NCBI GenBank assembly: GCA_047495785.1
Contig: JBLDXI010000032.1
Location: forward strand, 3,596,001-3,660,000
Direction of reading: 5' to 3'
Length of the DNA: 64,000 nt
Source of the DNA: Lepidodermella squamata
Lineage: Eukaryota; Animalia; Gastrotricha
The notes below the pieces were generated by a model, which was not told where the DNA came from, did no database searches, and saw only the letters and a list, made by a program, of their open reading frames with translations. The translations under genes and the position numbers were made by a program. Below, one piece after another: positions 9,931 through 21,082 of this stretch; position 1 is the stretch's first letter, and each line of letters begins with the position of its first letter.

Positions 9931-12900
9931 TCACATTCGAATGTTGAGCTGTTGTGCTGTGTGAACGAGAAGTTTTATCGGCAGTAGAAATTGTCCAACC
10001 TCAGCGAATTGACCGGTTCCGGCAAGATGTTGACAAACCGCTGTAGCCCCGGCGAAATCCCCATTTCGAATGGCAGCGCTGAGTTGCAGCAGGCCTGCGA
10101 TAGTATTGGGTGAAATTTGTTTCAGCCGCAGCTTCTCGTACAGCATAGGCATTTTCTTGTCGACATCTTCCAACTTCTTGCGAGTTCCATGCGGAGCTGC
10201 GTCGAAGCATTTATTCAACAGCTCGCACAGCGCGTCAGCAATCGGTTGAAGATCGGCGGCAACTTGAGGTGGATTTCGGTCATGGGTGTGACTGGCAACA
10301 CTGCTGGTAGGACTCGGCTCCGGGTTAGGCGCGGCATGACCCTGGGAAGGGTCGATAGTTAGCGGGTTGTAAGCGTTGACTGGCGCTTCATTCCAGCTAT
10401 TTGGAGGACGTCTGTCAAGAAATGCATTACCCCTAGCTTGCTGCCCATCATTTTGGTTTTGCCCAGGATAGTGCTGCTGCTGCTGCTGCTGCTGATTATG
10501 AGGATTGAATTGAGAAGGGTTCTGCTGACCCGGTACAAACATTTGTGAAGAGGCTGGCGGTGGGGCATAGCCCTGTCCATTCGTCTGAGGCGGCATAGCT
10601 GCAGCTGGGTTATACGGCGTAGGCGTTACAGATGGGGGTGGATAGGCGGGTTTCGAGCCTGGTAACGCGTAATTTGACGGCATAGGCGGTGGTGGCTGGG
10701 CTTGCGCTGCTGGTTGGAACTGGCCTGGCATAGGGGGTGGCGCGACTTGTTGCTGCTGGAACTGTTGTTGCTGCTGTTGCTGTAATTGACCTGGTAGAGG
10801 AGGTGGGGGAACATGGTTTTGCGGCTGCGTCGCTTGGAACTGCCCCGGCGGAGGAGGCGGTAGTACGGACGATTGATGCTGCGCCGGTTGGAATTGACCA
10901 GGCATGGGTGGGGGCGGTATATTCTGTTGTTGCTGAGCTGGATGATATTGCCCCGGCATCGACGGCTGGTATTGACCAGGCATTGGCGGCGGAGGACCAC
11001 TAGGTTGAAACTGGCCGGGTGGATGCGCAGAATGTGCCGGCGGGAACTGCCCTGGTAATGAATTTTGAGCCTGAGCTGGCTGAAACTGGCCAGGCATGGG
11101 CGGGGGTGGGCCGGAGAGTTGAGGTTGAACAGGCTGGTATTGGCTCGGAGGTGGAGCAGTAGCTTGAGGCTGGAATTGCCCAGGAAGAGGCGGAGGAGGT
11201 ACAGCAGCTGGTTGCGGTTGAGGTTGGAATTGACCGGGTAATGGCGGTGGTGGAACGGAAGATTGCTGCTGGTATTGGTTCTGCTGGTACGGTTGAGGAG
11301 GAGACGGCGGCTGCTGAGGAATATACGGCGAAGGCCGTTGCCCAGGGGGCTGGGTCGGCGGCATTCCGGGCATGAACGGCGCGACACTAGGAGGCCGTTG
11401 CAGCTGCTGTTGCTGTAGTACAGGCGGGGCGTGAGCAGACGGGTCGTAAAATGAAGGTTGAGAGTGGGCCGGCATTGCAGCCGGGGCTAGAACATTTGAC
11501 GAATCAGGCGTGACCTGTTCCACATACTGGTTTTGATGAGCTATTGCAGGCGAATACATGTGCGGCATCGGCGGCGTTGGAGCAGCGAGGCGATTCGGCA
11601 TTTGAGTGACCCCGGTGACCGGCGGGCCTTGATACTGGTTGCTCTGGGGCTGCTGCTGGTAATGCGCAATTGGCTTCCCACCCACATGAAACGAAACCCC
11701 GGCACCAACCGGAGTCCCTGTGGTCGATCCAACGAACGATTCCTCGGTCGCGTTTGATGACCGCTGACTAGCTGCGGCGCTGATTACATTAGGCGATGGC
11801 CTGACGTCAAGTCTCCTGAACGGAGTCGAAGGAACAGGTAAACCAGTCGTCCGAGGCGATAAATTCAACGCGTGGTACAAACGATGGCGGAGTTCCAACA
11901 ACGCCAGCTTGTTATTAGGTGTCATTTTCACAACTTCAAACGCTAAATTCAGCTCGCCCTGTTCAACCAACAGTTTGGCGTACTGCGCCAATGTTTTGAT
12001 CGAAGCATCGTCAAGTTCGATATCACCCTGAGCTGATTTCGGAAGAACAGTCCCAGCATAGGCAAGCAGTAATTCAACGTGTTCCAGCAAATCTTTGGTT
12101 TCATTCGGTTTTTGGTACTTGACTCGCTCATTGATGCGCTCGCTAACGCATTTGCTGAATGACGAAATATTGGCGGAGACGAGGTGGCAAATTGCTGCTG
12201 GTCCGAACATTTGCGCGGCTTCCAGTCGGTCGGCCAAAGTTTCAGCCAAATCAGCTTGATAATCTTTATCCATTGCGTATTTCAAAATGATAGCCAAGCA
12301 AGTCGGCCATTGCCCGACGTCAAGGTACGATGCGACTGAATCGAGATCCCCAAGACAGATTCCGGAAATCAAGCGAGAAATCGGGTCTTGGGCAGATCGC
12401 ATGACGTAACGCAGAGCTTTCGCAAATAAATCTTGACTTGCAGAGGCTGATAGAACCAAAGCATTAGCATAGCGGCCCGAATGTAAACAAGCTTCGACGG
12501 CAAGCTCAGGTCGAGCGGTGAGAAGGCCCTCGACTATCATCGATTCACCTGTTGGGTCATTATCGGATTCGGGCAGACTGTAAGGATCGGTCGCTTCAAC
12601 AACAGGTTCCCCTCCATTTGTATCGCCATTAGTTCCGGCATAGCCTGTCGAATTTTGAGATGAGCTTGCATTGAAATGCACATTGTCCAAAATTCGACCA
12701 GTAGCTCCGTAAATCTAGTAGAAAAACAAGGGTTCAGTAATGCTAAGGGTAAAATCGAATGTGGGCTTCAGTAAACTTCTTCAGACTGGGGATCGGGTGG
12801 TTTCATGAGAAAAGTTTCAAATCTTTGCAATTCATTAAGCAGACTTTATGAAACACCCTGTATAAACCAACCACAGGCTTCATCAAGCCTTCATATACTA

Positions 12901-14767
12901 TCTGAGAGACGGCGTAGGAGTTTAATATAAAAAAGTGGAATGTTCCGTTCTTTTGTTTTGCTTGAAACCCACTTTTCTTTGATTTTTTATGCTTCAATAA
13001 AGAGAGTCTAAGCACGGAAAACAAACATCTTTGCTCTAGCTCCTCGCGTGCTGCTTTTCGTTCTACATTTTTTTCTATCCAAGTTTTTTTCATTTTTTTG
13101 CGGAGCTTTGAATTTAAGGAAAAATCTTGCTGCAACAACGTTTTTACCTTTTCAGGAATAGATTTAGTGTCGATACCAAGCAATGAAATGTATTGACCGG
13201 CACGCTGATCGGAAACGCTAGCATCCAAAAACTTCCAAATCAGTTGAATGTCAGCATCTTCGCAAGACGCCGCACGATGTGCCGAAAACTGACCCATCAT
13301 CTGGCGTTTAGCCTCCACTTGCTGGCTGGTCAAAACCGAGGCAACTTCGCGTGCTCTAACGGCAAGTGCTTCGTCGGTAACCACTTGACTGGTCGTAACA
13401 ACTCGGCCGTTTTCAACCGAACAGGTCACTAGCCTGTTAGCAAAGGCAAATCGAGCGCAGCATCTCGGCGCCATCCATTTAGGTGGCTTGGGCGGTACAA
13501 TATTAGGCACGTTTGCATTCTCGTCAATTTCGCATAAATCGTCACGACTCGATTCTTTAGTCATTGGTTCAGTTTCGAGCTGGTCGAAAGCGTCGAGAAC
13601 ATCACGGCGAGACGCTTTCCTCTCGCGTACTATCGAAGTCCTGGCAAAACCAAGGGCTGTTTGATGACCCGAAATGACGTTATGTAGAGACAGCATGCCA
13701 TCCTGGCGTGAAGTAATGAAGAGACCTGGGTCGATGGACGACCAGGCCACTGATTCAATTGCAGACGCTTTGCTACTAGCAAGCAAATTCCCGACCAAAT
13801 TTGCATGATTAGGGTCCCACAATAGAAGGCTACCGTCCTTTCCGGAAGATAGCAATAAACTCGAGTCTTGCGAGCACCATGACAATGAGGTAACTCCATC
13901 CTTATGGCCAAATAATGACTTTATCGGGGCAGTTGGTTGCTTCAAGTCCCATAACTGAATCACAGGTTGCGAATTAGCATAATCAGTCGAAGCTATCAGC
14001 AGTTGGGTGGCGACATCGGGCGACCAGCACAGCAGTTCAGGTTTAAGGCGGCACAAACCATCGGTCAATCGGATGACAGGCTCACTCTTCCGCAAGTCCC
14101 AAATAGTAGATTTCGCAGATGACGCTGTGCCGAGGATGTGCTGAACTTGCCTATTCCAGGCCACGGTCAAAATCGGTTCGGTATGGGCCTGGGTGCTAGC
14201 ACCATGGCCTGGTACCATGTGAGTGTTGGGTTTATTAAGATCCCAAATAAACACAGATGAATCCGCCGAGCCAGAGCACACCAAATTAGGCTGAAATCGG
14301 TTCCAATCGAACGAAGTGACAGCACCCGAATGTTGGTGGTCATATTTTGAATCATTCAAAACTTCTTCGTCTTCCAATGAATCGTCGAAAAGTTCGCAAA
14401 CTTTGGGGAAGAATACACTGCCATCATCCCCACCAAAAGCTAACACGCCGCCGTCGTGTTTTGTCCATGTAACGGCACGAATGCTAAAATAATAACATAG
14501 AAACGTGAAAGGCAATTAACGGCTGTCCAACTTACACAGTCTTTAGTTTCGTGCACTTCGAGATGTTAAATTTCCCATCAGAGTCATACTGAAAGAACTC
14601 AACCACTGATGTTGACCTAAAAGTATACATAGAATTAGTTGTCATAAGGAGAACAAGAATTAGAAATCAGCGAACCCCACATCACGGCCTTCATCGCTCT
14701 CTCCAGGCGAAATCGATAATATTTGTCCTTCTACGCAACGCGTTGGTGACCAAGCCAATAGCGACAT
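9931..14767 (-). CDS. SEC31: COPII outer-coat protein Sec31
   Basis: Exons 14767-14676, 14616-14536, 14483-13148, 12714-9931. WD40 repeats (FDWNRFQPNLVCSGS, VAWNRQVQHILGT, WSPDVATQL, IQLWDLK), KPPKWM motif, alpha-solenoid region, long Pro-rich region and C-terminal helical domain. Confidence 0.92.
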
Positions 14768-15180
14768 CGTTTTTTAAATTGTAATAAATTAACATTCACC
14801 TAAAAATTACATGAAAGACATTTGTAAAATTATATTTATTGACCACTCAAAGTCACAAACACCGATTGGGCTGTATTGCAAGTTATGCATGTTAGTTAAT
14901 TTAGTTACGTATGTAATTTTCAAGATCCTTAACAGCAGATGAAAAATTATGCTTAGCAATTCGATCGAAAATGATGTAAGAAACTTTTTCAAAGCAGCAG
15001 AAAGCAAGTGATACAAACGAAAGAAATTGACAGATCGGAAATTTTATCGAATTTAAAGCAATGACTTTGTCTGTTTTGACATGTTACACAACGTGTGTAT
15101 TAGGTTAGTATTAAAAATCACAAAATCCATTAATGTAAGTCCATAAAACTTGGGCCCGGTTGATTAATCTCACATCGGGT

Positions 15181-16386
15181 CTAATAGTTTTCCTCGGTCG
15201 ATTGCTTGACCTGAGCGAAACCAACGCGGTTATTACCCATGTCAAATTCGGCGTAGAAGCGGCCGATGAAAACATCACCGAGAATCCAGAGAGGGCCCAT
15301 TGGAGCAGGGATGTCAAGCCCCATCAAACCAGACAAGCAAATTGTCTGCCCCATTTGTTGCATGACCAGAACGTAGTCTTTATAGTTCAAGGTGAACTTG
15401 CGACCAGCAAGAATAAAATCGATAGGCGGAAGAGAGTAAATGTTCTCACACTTGAACATCCACTCGCCGTTCACAATTGGAATAGCTCCCAGGGCCTTGT
15501 TCAACGCTTCAATGTCAGCCTTTGGCCCAGCAAGGAGCGAAGTTCCGGTATCAGCAATCGCTTCGCATCCCCCTTTGCAGACCGAAACGCCGCCAATCTG
15601 GACACCGTCCATTTTAAATTGCCAGTAACCTTCGCGATCAACAGGTAGGTAGGTGAAGTTTCCGGTGTAATAATTAGGATCAGAGCCACCGAGGATAAGC
15701 TCACCGCCGATGGCAGCTTTGGGGTCACGGTTCAGCCAGAACGAAAAGACAGGTTGATCAACTTTACCCTGAGCAACCATGGTGTTGAAAACAGGAGGGA
15801 CGCCATCGACTGAAATAGTTGGATAGCCCATTCCAAGAATGCCGTCAAACTTGCCAACGGCAAATGGAATCGCAGGAACCTTAGTAGCTTCAGCGAATCC
15901 TTGGTTATCAACCGTTATGCTACCGACTCCGACAGCATCCGAGCTGATGACGCCCCAGAGTTCACCGGAACCATAAACAATGTGAAAAGCTGTTCCATTT
16001 GCTTTGTACGTGCTCGACTTGGAACTGTCATACTTCGAGTGAAGCAAGCAGGCAACATCAGTCCAAGGGCATTTTTTAGATGGTACCCACAAGTTGGATG
16101 ATCCAGTGTCGAAAACCACCTTGAAATGCTGCTGAGGGGTGCCCACTGAAATGACACCATAATACTGAGCGTCGAAGTAGTTTGACAGGGGTTCTGGAAC
16201 AGGCCCACCGACGTTCAGCGTGTGAGCCAGTTTCATGTACTTCTGACGAAGCGCTTCATGGGCAGCTTCCGTTTGAGCGATGGTACGTCGAGGGCTGTCC
16301 ATTTTGTAGAGAGAAACCCTTGACAGACCGCAGATTTCTGCTGCTGCAGCCAGGAGACACGTCAAACCAAGTATAAACTTTACCAT
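15181..16386 (-). CDS. CTSD: Cathepsin D-like lysosomal aspartic protease
   Basis: 401-aa intronless ORF; signal peptide, DAQYYG, catalytic FDTGSSNLW and [23 protein letters not shown]. Confidence 0.95.
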   Translation of the reverse strand: MVKFILGLTCLLAAAAEICGLSRVSLYKMDSPRRTIAQTEAAHEALRQKYMKLAHTLNVGGPVPEPLSNYFDAQYYGVISVGTPQQHFKVVFDTGSSNLWVPSKKCPWTDVACLLHSKYDSSKSSTYKANGTAFHIVYGSGELWGVISSDAVGVGSITVDNQGFAEATKVPAIPFAVGKFDGILGMGYPTISVDGVPPVFNTMVAQGKVDQPVFSFWLNRDPKAAIGGELILGGSDPNYYTGNFTYLPVDREGYWQFKMDGVQIGGVSVCKGGCEAIADTGTSLLAGPKADIEALNKALGAIPIVNGEWMFKCENIYSLPPIDFILAGRKFTLNYKDYVLVMQQMGQTICLSGLMGLDIPAPMGPLWILGDVFIGRFYAEFDMGNNRVGFAQVKQSTEENY

Positions 16387-16961
16387 TGTAATTCTAGGAT
16401 AGAGATAATACGAATACCATTATATACATTCCGTAGCCGGTTATTCCAGCAATTTCATAAGGTTTGCTCAGAGGGCCTAGGACAATGGGATTATAGGGTC
16501 AAATAGCTGTTGCCAACCATAAAATCACTCTGGGTCAAAGGGAGAAAACAGGCAGTAGGTATTCGATGGCCTTAATAGTCTCCAGAAACCAGAAAATGAG
16601 ACCGTCTGCAAGAAAAAGAAAAAACTAACTGTTCACCATTTCGTCTTATAGTGGCCAAACAAAATATTTGTTCGATTGTGGCACGTCTAACCATTCACAA
16701 TTGTGCAAGTTTTCTGCCCTTTTACTGTGTGCATTCTCCAGTCTCAAGTCTCAACCCCGACTCATACCGCGTTAATGATGCCCCGTTTTTGGTTTAGCAA
16801 TGAGGGTCAATATTTTACGAAAATCAATTCCAAAAGCTTTCATTCCAGCTCAAATAGTTGTCAGTTGTCAGTTGTCTGTTCAGCTGTAAGGTTGCCGATG
16901 ACGCTGTCAAACGTCAAGCGTTGACGATTATCGAGGTGGTTCCGCAAAAGCTTGGATAGAA

Positions 16962-16969
16962 TGACGTCA
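16962..16969. promoter_or_regulatory. CRE palindrome TGACGTCA in the divergent intergenic region between cathepsin D and the Cys-rich gene
   Basis: Exact consensus match; function untested and an 8-mer can occur by chance. Confidence 0.3.
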
Positions 16970-17182
16970 CCATTCATACGTTTTTGAAAAGTAAATCTTA
17001 GATAATTATTAAATTGCTTAAGACTTGTTTTTCATTCATGCATTATGTTTTAACAAATTTGAGCGGGAAATTTGATTTATTAGCGCGCTTCGGAAAAATC
17101 AGCTGACGCCTTTCATGCTTCTTGGCTAGTCCAAAAGCTCTGTTCATTCATTAAGACTTGGCTCAACAAATCAGATTACAGT

Positions 17183-17189
17183 ATAAAAT
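17183..17189 (+). promoter_or_regulatory. TATA box (TATAAAA) of the secreted Cys-rich gene
   Basis: TATAAAA about 60 nt upstream of the ATG at 17242. Confidence 0.5.
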
Positions 17190-17241
17190 ACTTGCGTAAG
17201 TTACCTGCCACTCGATCGGAAATTATATCAGCACGGCATAA

Positions 17242-17565
17242 ATGGCAATGAACGCACTCTTCTTCATTTGTATTGCTGCGATGGTGTCGTGCATTGTCGC
17301 TTCTGCGGAATATTCTATTGAAGATTCAGGGTATCGCGCTGGTGCAAGCTTTGGCGCTGCTCATGATTGCGGTGTTTGCGCTCGCTTGACCGATAAGCCC
17401 ATGCGTGCCACTGGCCAACTTGCCCAGCTATTTCGACCGAGGTTGGACAATGCAGCTGGCTTGTGCAATACTCACGAAGATTGCGGCTTCAACGAAATTT
17501 GCTGCCCCGATAAAGCTGTTGCCGGCAGAATGAAATGCAAGTATGGTCTTATCGAACAGCAGTAG
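17242..17565 (+). CDS. Small secreted cysteine-rich protein with a WAP-like (four-disulfide core) C-terminal motif
   Basis: Hydrophobic signal peptide; C-x5-C-x5-CC-x10-C (CNTHEDCGFNEICCPDKAVAGRMKC) resembles the second half of a WAP domain. Confidence 0.65.
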   Translation: MAMNALFFICIAAMVSCIVASAEYSIEDSGYRAGASFGAAHDCGVCARLTDKPMRATGQLAQLFRPRLDNAAGLCNTHEDCGFNEICCPDKAVAGRMKCKYGLIEQQ

Positions 17566-17773
17566 AACAATCAAAGAACCCTCAATACTGCCGGTATAAA
17601 TGTGATGCTCTAACCTTGGCTTTCAACAATTGTTTTTTACTATGTTTTAATGAGTTGAATACTTTGAATACAAAATGATTTGCTAACAAATCGTGACAGA
17701 ATCGTAAATAAATTCGAGTTTCTTATGGCCATTGTTTTAACTGTTCCTATTAGAAATCGGTTTTAGTCATAAA

Positions 17774-19234
17774 ATGGATAACTTTGAAGATCTTCTCAAG
17801 ATTTACTATTCCAAGCTGTTCCCATATTCACCGTTCGTGCGATGGCTGACCTATAATCCAAGTTTGCTCCATTTTTGTTTCTCTGATGTCCGCATAACCA
17901 TTCTTCTCCATAGAGAATCCTGACTATTTTCGGAAACGAGAATTCTCTTTCACGCTGAAGGATGATGTTTACATACGTTACCTGTCTTTCAATGATGCGG
18001 ATGGTCTGAAACGCGAGTTGCAAAAGCGGAATCCGTACAAAATCGATATTGGAGCGGTCTATTCTCACGAGCCAAAGCAGCATTCGTCAGTTTATGGACC
18101 CTCTTTTCAAGCTCTTGAGCGTGAGCTGGTTTTCGATATTGACATGACTGACTATGATGAAGTCCGATCATGCTGCGGGTTAGTTTTAACCTGTTTATTT
18201 ATTTTACATCATCATTATTTTGTATTCACTTCTAGCGGCACAGATATTTGCAAGAAGTGCTGGCCGTTGATGAAATTTGCTGTTAAGATTCTGGACGCTG
18301 CGCTGCGTCGTATGTTTATGACATTCTCCAAATCTATAATTTTTCTTACTTTTCTTTTGCAGAGGACTTCGGCTTCGAACACATTTTATTCGTTTATTCC
18401 GGTCGGCGTGGTATCCATTGTTGGATCTGTGACGAATCTGCTCGTCGTCTGACCCAATCCGCCAGGTCGGCGATAGCGGAATATTTGACTGTGATCCGGG
18501 GTGGCGAAAATCACGCGCGGAAAGTATTATTGAATCAGCACATTCATCCAAGTGTTCAAAGAGCAATCGACATTCTTTACCAATCTCATGTTGACGACTA
18601 TGCCAATCAGCAAATCGTTCTCGATTCCGAAGAGAAAGAAACCAAGCTATTGAATACGATACAAGACCCGTCATTGCGGAAGCAGGTCAAGGTTGCCCTC
18701 GACGCTGTCGAAGCTTCGCCGAAGACCTGGAAACATGTTCGACTTGCAATCGAAAGCTGCCTGAAGGCTACCAGTATGAAAAGCAAACAACCACAGCAGG
18801 CAACGCAGAAGGACATGCAATTTCATCAAAACATCATCAACGAAATTCTGCTGCAATACGCCTATCCTCGTCTCGACGTGAATGTCACGAAGGGCGTTAA
18901 CCATTTGCTGAAAAGTCCTTTCTGCATCCATCCAAAAACTGGACGTATTTGCGTACCGTTTTCGGTGAAGAACGTTGAAGAATTCGACCCGATGACGGTT
19001 CCTACGATCGATCAAGTCGTCTCGGAAATGGACGTCGGTGATCAGAAGGCCGAGCTCGCGGAAGGCGAGAATCAGGATACAATCCCCAACTCTTCTGATG
19101 GCGTTAAACGGCGCGTCGCGGTTCCGCCGTCCCTGAAACCCTGCACGGAACTTTTTGAACAGTTTGTCAAGGGTCTTGAATCAAGTGTACGCCGTGGCCT
19201 GATTGATAAAAATGAGGCTAAACTCGAATTTTAA
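17774..19234 (+). CDS. PRIM1: DNA primase small (catalytic) subunit
   Basis: Exons 17774-17861, 17914-18178, 18236-18309, 18363-19234. Motifs REFSFTL, PYKIDIGAVY, RELVFDIDMTDYDEVR, YSGRRGIHCW, YPRLDVNVTKGVNHLLKSPFCIHPKTG. AATAAA near 19259. Confidence 0.95.
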
Positions 19235-21082
19235 CTTCGTTGCATGATCACTAACTAAAATAAACTGTGTTCTTCGTTGATCGGTTTACCTTTTTTTTAG
19301 CAAAAAGTCTGGCTTGATTTCAATTCTTGATGTAACGTTTTACTTCACAAAAAATACCAAGAGAGAAGAAAGATGGTAATAATAATAAATATTTACGCGA
19401 CTGTGGCGGTTTTCACATCATGAATTTTCGAATTGAGATGTCCAGCGTGTGTCATTTTTCATTTTATAATTATTATTACATATCAAATCTTCTTTCCATC
19501 GGAGACCGCCTTCATTCAAATTTCGATAATTATCAATCCATTAAAAGTTTAATTATAAGATCATTCTCGCAATCAATATATCATCATTATCGACAAAGGC
19601 AATTAATGAATAATGATTGATAATAATAATGAGACAGCGAGAATAAAGAGCGCGAGCGAGAGAATAGAAGCCACCATTTCAATAGCAAATTATCATCATA
19701 TCATCTTGATTTTTTCTGTATTTCTGTACACAATAATTCGAAGGCCAGCATTGATTTTTACACCGAGTCGTCGCAAATTGCTATATAATATGTATACTTT
19801 CGCGATTGATAGACAAACTCAATAAAAAGAAATCAACTCAGATGACTTGATGATTCTCCTCAGCATTGTATTTCAAGGTGGCTGTCAAACCGCATTTAGG
19901 AATAACAACAAAGACGAAAACAACGAATTGTTCGTGAGAAGAATAAGAAACAACAACAAGAACAGAACTTCTTACCTACAACGAACTAGTTTCTTTGAAT
20001 AATTAAGATTATTACGATGATGGAAATAATAAAGATAATAAGAACAAGAATAACAATTCTCGGAGGATTCGCAGCAATTCCTGAGGTCATGCCGAAAAAA
20101 GACACAAATGCACTACTACTCACTATTGAATTTATGCTCAAAAATTATATCAATAATAATAATTTGAGAAATATAAACAAACCAAATAATCAATCACTTG
20201 TCAAATCTTTATAATTATTTTCTTATAATCGTCGCGAATTTTAGCAAAAATTAATCAATGAATGGAGTTAACAAAATGCAGAATGAATGCGAGCGTTTAC
20301 AACAGCATTTTAGAAATGAATGATTTTGCTGTTGCGAAAAAGGCCCCTCGGAAATTGTGTTGTTATTCTCGTCAAATTGACATGTAAGAGTGTTCCAGGT
20401 TCCATTTGAGATGATAGAAAAACACAGAAGTTGCGTATTAACAGGAAAACTTTGAAGTGATAGCAGGTAACGTATTTACAAGGTTGATTTTATTTTTGGA
20501 TAAGGTAAAAGCGATGAATATTGGGCGGAGAAGGATTGAAAAACCGTTGTACTTTTAGCCTCGTCAAGAGCAGGCGTTTGAATTGCAACAGTAGAATGCG
20601 CCTCAGGTTAAATAATTATAGTAACAAAACACAGCAGCCAATTCGCAAGAGAAGAAGAATAAAAAAAGATCATCAGTTCAATGTGGATTTAATTTAACGT
20701 ACAGATCTCGATGAAAATGGCGGAATTTCTAACAACAATATAATATTATAACACTTCGAGAATCTTTAAGAGCCATTTATCTGACCGATGAAATGACGCA
20801 CGGGAAGACGAACGAGGTTTGGTATTGGTTAGACACGGTTTTTCAGGATCATCAGGATGTAAAATTGGGCACTCTTCATTATTTTTATATCGCGCTTCTT
20901 GCATTCATTCATTGTATGTTATAACAACAAAATTCTTTATAATATAATATTTATATATAATTTTTAATATAAGGTAAAAATGATGTTGTCAGAAATCACC
21001 GGCGTAGTTTTTGTGTTACTTATAGCAATTTTCTGCTTGCTTTTTTTGTACAAGTTACGCACAATTACACGCAGACACGCGA

